A stretch of 32,000 nt of DNA. It comes from Pyrodictium abyssi. GTDB taxonomy: Archaea > Thermoproteota > Thermoprotei_A > Sulfolobales > Pyrodictiaceae. Position numbers and translations under genes: made by a program. This document shows, in pieces, positions 1 to 8,344 of this stretch (positions within the stretch are counted from its first letter, which is position 1; each line of letters opens with the position of its first letter). The notes beneath the pieces are model-generated. The model saw nothing but the letters and a program-made list of their open reading frames with translations, was not told where the DNA came from and ran no database searches. The stretch spans positions 1,260,001 to 1,292,000 of the forward strand of contig NZ_AP028907.1 of the NCBI RefSeq assembly GCF_036323395.1. Reading direction: 5' to 3'.

Positions 1-879
1 GAGGGCTGCGGCAAGACCCGGCTCCTCCGGGAGCTCCACCAGGTGCTGAAGCAGCGCGGCGACGTGGTAGCGGTCTACGTGGATGCTCAGAGCACGTCGG
101 GGCCCTGGGAGGCTGTGGAGGCCCCTCCGGAGCTGGCCCGGCTCCTCGCGGAGGCTGCTGCGGAGTATGCTGGGCCCCCGGGCCGGGCGGCTGCGCTGGC
201 TCTGCTCCGCGTCCTCGGCCGGGTCCGGGAGCGGCTCGTCCGCGGCAAGCACGTCGTGGTGCTCGTGGACGATGTGGCGCGCCCCCTGGGGCTAGAGAGG
301 GTAGAGGCCTACACGAAGAGCCTCTTAGACCTCGTGGAGAGGCTCCAGGCCCAGGGCGCTGCGAGCGTGCTAGCCCTGGCGACTACGAGCGAGGCGGCGA
401 GCCGCAGCATCTTGGCGAGGCACAGCCACGCCTCGCTAGCCCAGCTCTGGAACCTGGGCCCCGAGGCCTTCGAGGAGCTACTAGAGGTCCTCAGCGCGCC
501 CCGCCACGTGCGGGAGCAGGCATGGAGGCTGCTGGGCGGCAACCCCCGGCTAGCCCTAGCCCTCCGTGCGAGAGGCTGGAGGGCTGAGAGGCTCATAGAG
601 GACACGTATCCCCGTGTACGCGCCCTCCTCGAGGAGCTCCCCAGGAGCCTCCTCCGGGGCCTAGAGGAGGCCGTAGAGGACCCGGACGCCCTGAGGGAGA
701 ACCAGGAGCTACGCCGACACCTCGTCGAGGCGAACCTCGCCACGCCGGTGGAGAGGCCATGCCTAGGCTACACGCCCCCGCCCGACCCCGAGCAGGGGGT
801 GGGCAGGAGCTACGTCTGGCAGACACCGCTATACCGGATACTCGCCAAAAAGTACCTAGAAGAAGCGGGGAAGCCATGA
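1..879 (+). CDS. Archaeal P-loop ATPase / AAA-type ATP-binding protein, 5' truncated by the window edge
   Basis: Frame 1 is open from base 1 and begins EGCGKTRLLRELHQVLKQRG (end of a Walker A motif). It continues into the 43..879 ORF, which has a Walker B-like VVVLVDDV. It then shows TTSEAASRSILARHSHASLAQLWNLGPEAFEELL and NPRLALALRARGW, typical of archaeal STAND/AAA ATPases. Confidence 0.8.
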   Translation, partial: EGCGKTRLLRELHQVLKQRGDVVAVYVDAQSTSGPWEAVEAPPELARLLAEAAAEYAGPPGRAAALALLRVLGRVRERLVRGKHVVVLVDDVARPLGLERVEAYTKSLLDLVERLQAQGAASVLALATTSEAASRSILARHSHASLAQLWNLGPEAFEELLEVLSAPRHVREQAWRLLGGNPRLALALRARGWRAERLIEDTYPRVRALLEELPRSLLRGLEEAVEDPDALRENQELRRHLVEANLATPVERPCLGYTPPPDPEQGVGRSYVWQTPLYRILAKKYLEEAGKP

Positions 880-1096
880 ACCCTCTCCACCCGCCGCAGC
901 TACGGCGTGCCGAGCCACTCCTCCTAATGGATCTACGTGAACAGGACTCGCCATGCAGCCAGAGCCGGTGCCTTGGAGCACCCTTCAGCCCGGGCAGCGG
1001 CTAGCGCACCGGCATCCCATATGCCGTACATGATGGGTTGCAGGGATGAAGGCCAGCACTGCACGGCGCCACCGCTATACATGCTGTGAGCCCGGC

Positions 1097-1491
1097 CTAG
1101 CATGTAAGCTTGTTTATGAGCTGCTTGGCCTCCTGCAGGAAGCCCTCTAGGCTGGGTTCCTCTAGGGGCTCTACTCTGCCGCCTACATGCTTGTAGTGGG
1201 GAAACGTGGCGCCTCAGCGTGGCGGGGCGCATTGTTATACCGTAGCGCATCTACATGCACACTATCCTTATCGCCGCTACCATACCCCGTTATGACTAGC
1301 TGGTACCCATAGCCTATTAGGCGGCCGCTTCTCCAGACTTCTCTGGCCTCGAGCAGCGCTCGCCTATCCACGCGGAGCCTCAGCCGTAGGACGAATGTTT
1401 CTCTGCCAGCCCTTGTCTTCACGCCGGGTAGCCGCGCTTCCGGGAAATACCTCCTCACCAGGCCTACTATGTACTCTATCCTCGGCTTCAT
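1097..1491 (-). pseudogene. DUF6516-like toxin-type protein, frame-shifted near 1198..1201 (in-frame ORF only 1183..1491)
   Basis: The ORF 1183..1491 ends ...VHVDALRYNNAPRHAEAPRFPTTSM*. Adding one base at the C4 run (minus strand; G4 at 1198..1201 on plus) gives ...APRFPHYKHVGGRVEPLEEPSLEGFLQEAKQLINKLTC* ending at 1097. This resembles the DUF6516 C-terminus as remembered. Confidence 0.6.
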
Positions 1492-1496
1492 GCTGC

Positions 1497-1808
1497 TTAC
1501 CTCAGCCTGGAAAGCACCTTCTCTATATTCTCTACCTCCTCAACAATCTCTTCCCGGGCCAACGCTAGCCCGTGCCACTCTACGGCATCCAGGTCGGCTT
1601 CTTCGGGAAGCCTCCACTCCCCTCTAGCCCTGGCACACTCCTCGTACATCCTCATAAACTCCCTAGTCGGCATACCATACCGCTCCTCATACTCCCGTAG
1701 CTCCGCCTCGACCCTCTGAAGCCTCTTCCTTAGCCTCTCCAGCTCCCGCTCAAGAGCAGCAATCACTGATCCTATCTCCCTCCTCTCTAGCCTAACCTCA
1801 ATAGCCAC
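1497..1808 (-). CDS. Small coiled-coil protein, putative antitoxin partner of the downstream DUF6516-like gene
   Basis: 103 aa, charged coiled coil (VIAALERELERLRKRLQRVEAELREYEERYGMP), same strand, 5 bp upstream of the DUF6516-like gene. Confidence 0.6.
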   Translation of the reverse strand: MAIEVRLERREIGSVIAALERELERLRKRLQRVEAELREYEERYGMPTREFMRMYEECARARGEWRLPEEADLDAVEWHGLALAREEIVEEVENIEKVLSRLR

Positions 1809-2410
1809 TAAGGAGCCCCAGGAGCACTAGAATAACGGCTACCAGGGCTAAATAGCGCCACTACCCAGGATACTGTAGAGGATGGCCATACACCGTGGAG
1901 GCTCTAGACCCCGTAGATAGCGTGAAAACAGTACTGTGTGTCAGGGCCCGCAGCCCCGTTCCGAAGGACGGGGGAAGTTAAGGCGGCCATCATGGCAGCC
2001 TAGATCTGTCTGAAGGACGTACACCGCCCCCGTATATCCTATCACGGCTCCTCACAGCCAGGGCATCCTCGCTATGGCCGCATTGTGTTCGCCGGCTTCA
2101 GAGCTAAGCTCGCAAGTACAGCATTAGACATTAGTTTTACCAACAATACTATAGCCGGTGCCAAGCCTCATGTAATACACGCGGGTAGAAGGCAGTACAA
2201 AGGCACAAAGAGGCAGAAACCAAGCCAGCCATTGCTGTCCAGGGTCCTTGCCGTGGCGACGGGGTTCTGGGCGAGCCTCGCTTGCTCCAAGCCCTAGAAG
2301 AGGGGCCATAAGGGAGTTTGAAAGTCTAGAAACGGGCGGTTGTGTCCAGTAAAGCGAGGGCTTTACTAGCTCTCCAGGCTCCACGGGAGAGGCACGGGTA
2401 ATGGCTGGGC

Positions 2411-3238
2411 TTGAAGCGGTTACAGGCTAGCCGTCGGGTGCTCGGCGCTCTAACGCACTACCTGGCGGTCTCAGCTATGTGGTATACCCCCGTGCTGTAT
2501 CAGGCCCGGGCCGGGGCGCATGGTCTCGCTGCCAGCTTCTCTAACAGCATGGCTGTCCGGCTCGCTGTAGCCGTGGGGGCCGCCGCCTCTGCTTACGCCC
2601 ATTACCGGCTAGGCGTCTGCCAGAGAAGCTACATGAAGTGCCTAGGCCTATCGCGGAGAGGGCTCCTAGAGTCTTTCATCCTGGCCTCGGCGGTGTGGGG
2701 CGTCTTCGTGGCCGCTGGCCTAGCCTATGCTGTGGCCAGGGGCCTGGGCGCCGGGCGGCTGTACGAAATCTACCGCGGCAACGCCATGACTGCACCGGGG
2801 CCCACATGGTTCTCAGACCTTGATCCCCGCATCCTCCCAGTAGCCGCCAGCCTCTTCTGGATGCTCACTGGCCTCCTATGCTTTAGCCTAGTCCAGGCGT
2901 TCATCCTAGAGAGCCTGCCACGGAGGCCCTGGTCCCCGCTCCTAGCGGGCGTGCTCTTCGTAGCCATGTATAACGCGCCGCTGCTGACGGGCGAGTGGAA
3001 GATGGACGATGTAATAGTCCTCGGGATGGCTTACCCTGTAGCCTACTACATGGCTAGGAACTCTATAGGGCTCATTGGGGCCTACGTGGCCGTATACGAG
3101 CTACCAGTCGCAGCCGCTGTGCTACATGGCTGGGGAGAAGGCTGCTTCCGCGTCTTTGTAGCCCTACGCGCCGCCGTGGCCTCCGCGTCTCTGCTCGTAG
3201 CGCCCCTCGTAGTGAAAAGGCTGCTGAGGAGCCGGTAG
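2411..3238 (+). CDS. Polytopic membrane protein of unknown function
   Basis: 275 aa with many hydrophobic segments. The distant resemblance to CPBP/ABI membrane proteins is not convincing. Confidence 0.6.
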   Translation: MKRLQASRRVLGALTHYLAVSAMWYTPVLYQARAGAHGLAASFSNSMAVRLAVAVGAAASAYAHYRLGVCQRSYMKCLGLSRRGLLESFILASAVWGVFVAAGLAYAVARGLGAGRLYEIYRGNAMTAPGPTWFSDLDPRILPVAASLFWMLTGLLCFSLVQAFILESLPRRPWSPLLAGVLFVAMYNAPLLTGEWKMDDVIVLGMAYPVAYYMARNSIGLIGAYVAVYELPVAAAVLHGWGEGCFRVFVALRAAVASASLLVAPLVVKRLLRSR

Positions 3239-3636
3239 ACCGCTATGCTGCTTGCAGCAAGCCACGGCAACGGATACGCAGCCGCCGCCTCCGGCCATGC
3301 TCCATGGAGGCATAGAGGCCATAACGGGCATCAAGGGTGAAGGGCAGGGAACTACGCGCCTCTTAACCAGGGAGGAGGCTAGGCACACGCCTGCAAGGCC
3401 CTCAGCACGGGGCTATAGATGTCCCGGGCTCCCAGCCCGCTAATCCTCGTCGTCTGCCACTCCATAGTGGCTGCGCCGCCTTACACTACTAGGCTAAGGC
3501 TTAATGAGGAGGTGACCCATCGGGCTCCAGCCAGGACCAGGCGGGCTGGCTTCCGCGGCTCCGCATGTACCACTACTACTGTCTCTAGGCGCCGTTTATC
3601 GGGGCATGTGCCCTCCCCTATGGATGGTGCCGGGGC

Positions 3637-4626
3637 TTGTACCGTGTGCTGGGGAGGACGGGGCTCCGTGTCTCGCGTGCCGGGGTGGGTCTCTGGCAGG
3701 CTGGCTCCCGGCTATGGGGGACGCGCGGGCAGCTACGCGGGGTCAGGGAGGCCATACTGCGGGCCCTCAAGCTCGGGGTCAACCTGTTTGACACGGCTGA
3801 GCTCTACGGTGGCGGCGCCTCGGAGCGCTTGCTTGGCGAGGTGCTGCGCGAGACGGGCGAGGACGCGGTCGTGACCACGAAGGTGGCCGGGTTCCGCACC
3901 ACCGTGGACTCCATAGTGAAGGCTGCCGAGGCTAGCCGGAGGAGGCTAGGCCGGGCGCCAGACCTGCTCCTGCACCACTGGCCGCCGCCATTCTACGTGG
4001 ATGTCTGCCGGGTGGTGCGCGGCCTAGAGGGGGCCGCGGAGAAGGGCCTAGCGGGGTACATCGGCGTCTCGAACTACCCCCAGCCACTCCTAGCCAGGGC
4101 CATGGAGTGCACGAGGCGCTACGAGATAGCTGTGAACCAAGTGCACTATAGCCTAGGCTACCGGGTCGCCGAGAACAGGCTCAAGCCCTTCATGGACCAG
4201 CACGGCGTAGCGCTACAGGCGTGGAGCCCGCTCGACAAGGGCGCCCTCGCCGGCAAGACCAGGGCCGATAACATGGCCCGCCGCCTCGACCCCGTCTTCC
4301 GGGCCGTCGCCCGCGACGGGGAGCTGCAGAGGGTCCTCGGGGAGGCCGCGGAGAGGCTGGGAGTCTCCAAGGCGGTGGTGGCGGCAGCATGGCTGGTCGC
4401 TAAGGGGGCCTTCCCGCTCGTAGGCGTCCGGAAGAGGAGCCACGCCGAGGCAGTGGCCGAGGCTGCGCGGCTAGAGCTGCCGAGCAGCATCATCGAGGCG
4501 CTGGACCGGGCTAGCGAGCGCTACCGCACGCGCTGGGGCACGTGCTACAGCGAGCTACGCTGGAGCCGCGCTGTGCCCGGCCCACTGCAGGCACTGCTAT
4601 TCCGCTACCTGCTACGAGGCATATAG
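3637..4626 (+). CDS. Aldo/keto reductase family oxidoreductase
   Basis: MYRVLGRTGLRVSRAGVGLW...LGVNLFDTAELYGGGASERLLGEVL, LLLHHWPPP, YIGVSNYPQ, LQAWSPLDKG and GVRKRSHAE are AKR family signatures. Confidence 0.93.
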   Translation: MYRVLGRTGLRVSRAGVGLWQAGSRLWGTRGQLRGVREAILRALKLGVNLFDTAELYGGGASERLLGEVLRETGEDAVVTTKVAGFRTTVDSIVKAAEASRRRLGRAPDLLLHHWPPPFYVDVCRVVRGLEGAAEKGLAGYIGVSNYPQPLLARAMECTRRYEIAVNQVHYSLGYRVAENRLKPFMDQHGVALQAWSPLDKGALAGKTRADNMARRLDPVFRAVARDGELQRVLGEAAERLGVSKAVVAAAWLVAKGAFPLVGVRKRSHAEAVAEAARLELPSSIIEALDRASERYRTRWGTCYSELRWSRAVPGPLQALLFRYLLRGI

Positions 4627-4692
4627 CAGGGGCTCGGCCCTCACTCTCAAGGACCCATAAAATTATACCTGGAGCTTGGCCGGAACCTAGGT

Positions 4693-4929
4693 ATGGCTGG
4701 TGTAGAGTTGGCAGTGGCTAGGGACAGGAGAACCCTAGTCTTCGAGGAGTCTACCGCCCGGAGCATAGGCCTAGAGCCGGGGAAAAGCTACGTGGTCGTG
4801 GAGCACGGGGACAGGGTAGTCCTTGTCGCAGCCAAGAAGCTCTCGGCGGGGCTGCTCGATGCACTGAGGAAGGCCCGTATCCGTGTCGAAGAAGACGTTG
4901 TGGGCGAGTTTCTAGAGGAGAGAAGATGA
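4693..4929 (+). CDS. Small AbrB/VapB-like antitoxin candidate
   Basis: 78 aa (SIGLEPGKSYVVVEHGDRVVLVAAKKLS). Overlaps by 4 bp the start of a PIN-domain gene. Preceded by an AT-rich promoter-like stretch (aaaattatacc, about 4660). Confidence 0.6.
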   Translation: MAGVELAVARDRRTLVFEESTARSIGLEPGKSYVVVEHGDRVVLVAAKKLSAGLLDALRKARIRVEEDVVGEFLEERR

Positions 4930-5358
4930 GGCTTGTAGTCGACGCCTCGGTCTACGGCGATGCTGTTTACTCCTTCGACTCCAGGCGGACCCAGCTAGTA
5001 GACAAGTTCTTTGAGACTATTATAAGCCGTGGCCACGTAATCGTTGAGCCCCGGATATTCAGCCTTGAGCTAGCGTTCCTCCTCCCGAGGAGGCTTGGCC
5101 CCCAAGAAGGCAAAAGAGTTCCACTCCGCGATAATCGAGGAGGTTGTAGTGATAGATATAGCTGATGATGCAATTCTCCTCGATATATGCTTTTCCACTG
5201 GAGCGAGGGCTGCAGATGCCTACTACATAGCCGCGGCGAAGATTACCAGCGCCGTTCTCGTAGGTAATGATAGGAGGCAAGTGGCGTCTGCGAGAAGGTA
5301 TGGCGTAAACGCCTACTACTTGCTAGAGGAGCACGAGGAGCTCTTCAAGCAGCTCTAG
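4926..5358 (+). pseudogene. PIN-domain (VapC-like) toxin, frame-shifted at the C5 run 5099..5103
   Basis: ORF 4926..5165 holds the N-terminal MRLVVDASVYGDAVYSF...ELAFLLPRRLG. ORF 5095..5358 holds the C-terminal KKAKEFHSAIIEEVVVIDIADD...TGARAADAYYIAAAKITSAVLVGNDRRQV. The acidic PIN residues are divided between frames. The total length of 433 nt is 3n+1. Confidence 0.78.
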
Positions 5359-5619
5359 TCTAGCCATATCCACGAATAGCCCCACGGCTATCTGGGATGC
5401 CGGGGACCGGCCACACGCTATCGTCCTGCCGCCTGTTGCGGAGTTGTATAGCGGGGCTCGGTTCCCCGCTTTCGGTCACCGCCCCGTGGAGGGCTCCCTC
5501 CTTCCAAGCCTCGCCACAGCCCCGAGAGGGCCAGGCACCGCCAGGGGCCGTATTCTGCGCTCCACACCAGGGCCGGCGGCACGCCCTGGCCCCGTATAGG
5601 AGAAGGGTATCGGTGTGTC

Positions 5620-7530
5620 TTACTCCTCGGCCGTGGTCCTCTTCTCGGCTTCTCTTAGCGCCTTCTCGGCGTCTCCCGCCGCCCAGCCTAGGCCTAGCCG
5701 CTCTAGGGTCTCTGGGAGGGGTATGCCGTAGATGCTGTGGTAGCCGCGTCTGCGGTAGAACTCCCTTATAGCCTCTTCTAGGTCGTGTTGGTCCCGGGCC
5801 GCCTTCTCGCCCTTCATTGGGCCCTCGGGGACTGGCTCCATCCAGCGCTTCGGCGCCGTGTCGCCCTCGGGGACTCTGCCGGCTAGTGCTGCGTGTATCC
5901 TTGCGAGGGCCTCGGCCCTCCAGCCGACTAGCAGGAGGTCCTCCGGCCGGGCCTCGACCCCCGTGACAGCGCTGTATAGCCTGGCTACCTCCTCGCGGGT
6001 GTATGGGAGGAAGCTGCAGAGCCCCATGCTGTCCAGCAGCGCCTTCCAGTCGCGGTCGGCTATGAGGCTCTCCACCATCTCGGCGGCCGGGCCGCGGCTC
6101 GGCGGCTGGTGTGGCCTCGGCCAGCCCCTGAGATGGCTGGCACCCACGTCGGCTGTGGCGTAGCTCACTACTAGGCCGCGGCGGCCACGCGGGTCCCAGG
6201 CTGCCGCCTCGAGGCCCTTAACGTGGACTGCCCGGTCGGAGCCGCGGCCGAGTATACGGGAGGCCTTCTCCACGCCTTCTGCCAGCACCGCGCCTATCCC
6301 GCGGCGCTCCGCGACTAGCCGTGCTAGCTCCCGGACCGCCTCGGGGCTGCCGAACCTGGGCTCGTTCTCCATGCCTGCTAGCTCGCTCCGCTGCACCAGG
6401 CCCTCCTCGTAGAGCTCCATGAGCCAGGACGCCGTCTCGCCGAAGCTTATACTGTCGAGGCCTAGGTTGTTGACGAGCCACTCGGTGTAGAGCACCTCGT
6501 CGACGTCGAGGACGCCGGGGGCTAGGCCGAGCATAGCGAGGTTCTCGTACTCGGGCTTGACCACTATGTGCTCGAGCCCCTTCCTCCTGGGGGAGGCTAG
6601 CTTGCTGCACTTAGTCGGGCAGCCCCAGCCCCAGATGACGCCGGCGTACCTCTTGTAGACGCTGCGCGGCGCCTCGCGCTCTAGAACGGTGTCGCCGCCT
6701 AGCTTCTGGGCCTCCTCCGGTGGGAGCCAGGGCCGGCGCCAGTGCCAGCCTGGGCACATGCTTAGCCTGCTGCAGACGGAGACGCCGTCGTTGGTGCCGT
6801 AGCGGGCCCAGCTCCTGGTGGGCTCGTCGTCGCGTATACGCTTGTAGACCTCAAGGTAGAGTCTCCTCCACTCGTCTGGCCGGGCCCTCTCGGGGACACG
6901 GCTACCCCAGACAGCTACCGCCTTCAGCCCCATCGCGCCCATTACCGCGCCGAGGCCGCAGCGGCCCGCAGCCCGGAAGCCGTCAACCATTATGTTCGCG
7001 TAGCGGACAAGCCTCTCCCCCGCCGGGCCTATCGCCGCCACGCTGGCGCCCCAGCGGGTCTCCCTACGGATCGCCTCCACGACCTCTACCGCGCCGCTGC
7101 CCCATAGGTGCCGGGCAGGCCTCACCTCGATCTCGCCGTTCTCCACGTAGATGTAGACGGGCTCCTCGGAGCGGCCGCTGATAACGAGGGCGTCGAAGCC
7201 TGCTAGGCGGAGCTTGCCCGCGAACACCTGGCCGGCGTAGGTGTCGCAGAGGATCCCCGTCAGGGGGCTCTTAGCCAGGAACCCCGTCTTGGAGGCTCCC
7301 GGGGCGTGGGCTGCCAGCGCCCCAGCCGCTATGATGAGCTTGTTCTCGCGGGGGTCGAGGGGCTCAGCGCTCGGCGCTATCAGCTTGTAGCCGAGGAGGT
7401 AGAGTAGCCCCTTGCCCCCCAGGAAGAGCCTCGCAGCGTCCTTGTCTAGCTCCTCGACGCGGACCCGGCCCGAGGAGAGGTTGATGAAAGCTACCCGGCC
7501 AGCGTACCCAGGCAGAGCCAAGGGGGACAC
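5620..7530 (-). CDS. Aldehyde ferredoxin oxidoreductase family protein (tungsten-pterin enzyme)
   Basis: 636 aa: GGKGLLYLLGYKLI..., AGALAAHAPGASKTGFLAKSPLTGILCDTYAG, AAGRCGLGAVMGAMGLKAVAVWG, WGCPTKC and DSMGLCSFLPYT are AOR superfamily signatures. Confidence 0.93.
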   Translation of the reverse strand: MSPLALPGYAGRVAFINLSSGRVRVEELDKDAARLFLGGKGLLYLLGYKLIAPSAEPLDPRENKLIIAAGALAAHAPGASKTGFLAKSPLTGILCDTYAGQVFAGKLRLAGFDALVISGRSEEPVYIYVENGEIEVRPARHLWGSGAVEVVEAIRRETRWGASVAAIGPAGERLVRYANIMVDGFRAAGRCGLGAVMGAMGLKAVAVWGSRVPERARPDEWRRLYLEVYKRIRDDEPTRSWARYGTNDGVSVCSRLSMCPGWHWRRPWLPPEEAQKLGGDTVLEREAPRSVYKRYAGVIWGWGCPTKCSKLASPRRKGLEHIVVKPEYENLAMLGLAPGVLDVDEVLYTEWLVNNLGLDSISFGETASWLMELYEEGLVQRSELAGMENEPRFGSPEAVRELARLVAERRGIGAVLAEGVEKASRILGRGSDRAVHVKGLEAAAWDPRGRRGLVVSYATADVGASHLRGWPRPHQPPSRGPAAEMVESLIADRDWKALLDSMGLCSFLPYTREEVARLYSAVTGVEARPEDLLLVGWRAEALARIHAALAGRVPEGDTAPKRWMEPVPEGPMKGEKAARDQHDLEEAIREFYRRRGYHSIYGIPLPETLERLGLGWAAGDAEKALREAEKRTTAEE

Positions 7531-7621
7531 GCACCCGCGGGGGAGTTGCGTCCCCCCGGGTTTCTAAAAGCGGGGCTGCGCCGCCTACCCCGGGGTGCTG
7601 CGCGGGACCCCCTTCGTAGCC

Positions 7622-8317
7622 CTATGTGAGCCTGATGCCTAGTATCTTCTCCAGGATCTTTAGCACGTCGTCCCTTGCCAGCTTCTCCTTTAGAGGAGGC
7701 TCTACCTTCTCGCCGCGCTGTGCCCGCTCACCGCGCTCCCGGAACGAGGGCACAACCTTCTCCAGCTCCTCCCTGGTGAGCACGCCCTCGTACTTCTCCT
7801 GGTACACCGTCTTCCCGCCAGCCACGTAGGCTAGCAGCGTGGTCGGCGACGCGTGGACACGGTGCTCCCGGAAGCTCGCAGACGCGGCTGGGGAGGCGCA
7901 GCGGTGCGTGAACCAGTCGCAGAGCACTATGACGAAGTGGTAGCCCTCGAGCCTCGGCGCCGCGGACTCGACGAAGGGGTGCCAGTACCCGTCGTAGCTC
8001 CTACAAGCCTTGCACTTCGTGTTCCCGAAGTAGACCACGTATACGCCGTCGCCTAGCTCGCCCAGCTGGAAGGCCCCGCCGTCTACCCGGAGTAGCCTCC
8101 ACGCGCCGTGCTCTCTGTCGTAGACGTAGATACCGTTCCGGCTCCCAGCGCCAACCCTCTTCACAATCACCTCCCCCATGCCTCCCTTGGCCTTCTCCAG
8201 CAGTTTGCGGGCCTTCCTCTCTAGCAGTTTCTCGAGCTCCTCGTCTCTCGGCTTCACGCCGCAGACACCCCGTTTAGCCCCCGGGCTCCGGGGGCGGGCT
8301 AGTAAGCCCTTGCCCAC
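7622..8317 (-). CDS. Thioredoxin-like domain protein
   Basis: VYVVYFGNTKCKACRSYDGYWHPFVESAA (CxxC) followed by VIVLCDWFTH, HASPTTLLAYVAGGKTVYQEKYEGVLTREEL (thioredoxin-fold features). Co-directional with the flanking AOR and radical SAM genes. Confidence 0.75.
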   Translation of the reverse strand: MGKGLLARPRSPGAKRGVCGVKPRDEELEKLLERKARKLLEKAKGGMGEVIVKRVGAGSRNGIYVYDREHGAWRLLRVDGGAFQLGELGDGVYVVYFGNTKCKACRSYDGYWHPFVESAAPRLEGYHFVIVLCDWFTHRCASPAASASFREHRVHASPTTLLAYVAGGKTVYQEKYEGVLTREELEKVVPSFRERGERAQRGEKVEPPLKEKLARDDVLKILEKILGIRLT

Positions 8318-8344
8318 AAGGCCGGTAGACGCCCCGGGAGGGCC

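Noticed and set aside
2411-3238. CPBP/ABI-type intramembrane protease assignment for the membrane protein
   Set aside because: The glutamate/arginine and histidine motifs of CPBP proteases are not clearly present, so I left it as an unknown membrane protein.
3419-3874. 151-aa plus-strand ORF upstream of the aldo/keto reductase
   Set aside because: Mostly out-of-frame overlap with the AKR gene and Arg/Thr-rich. More likely spurious.
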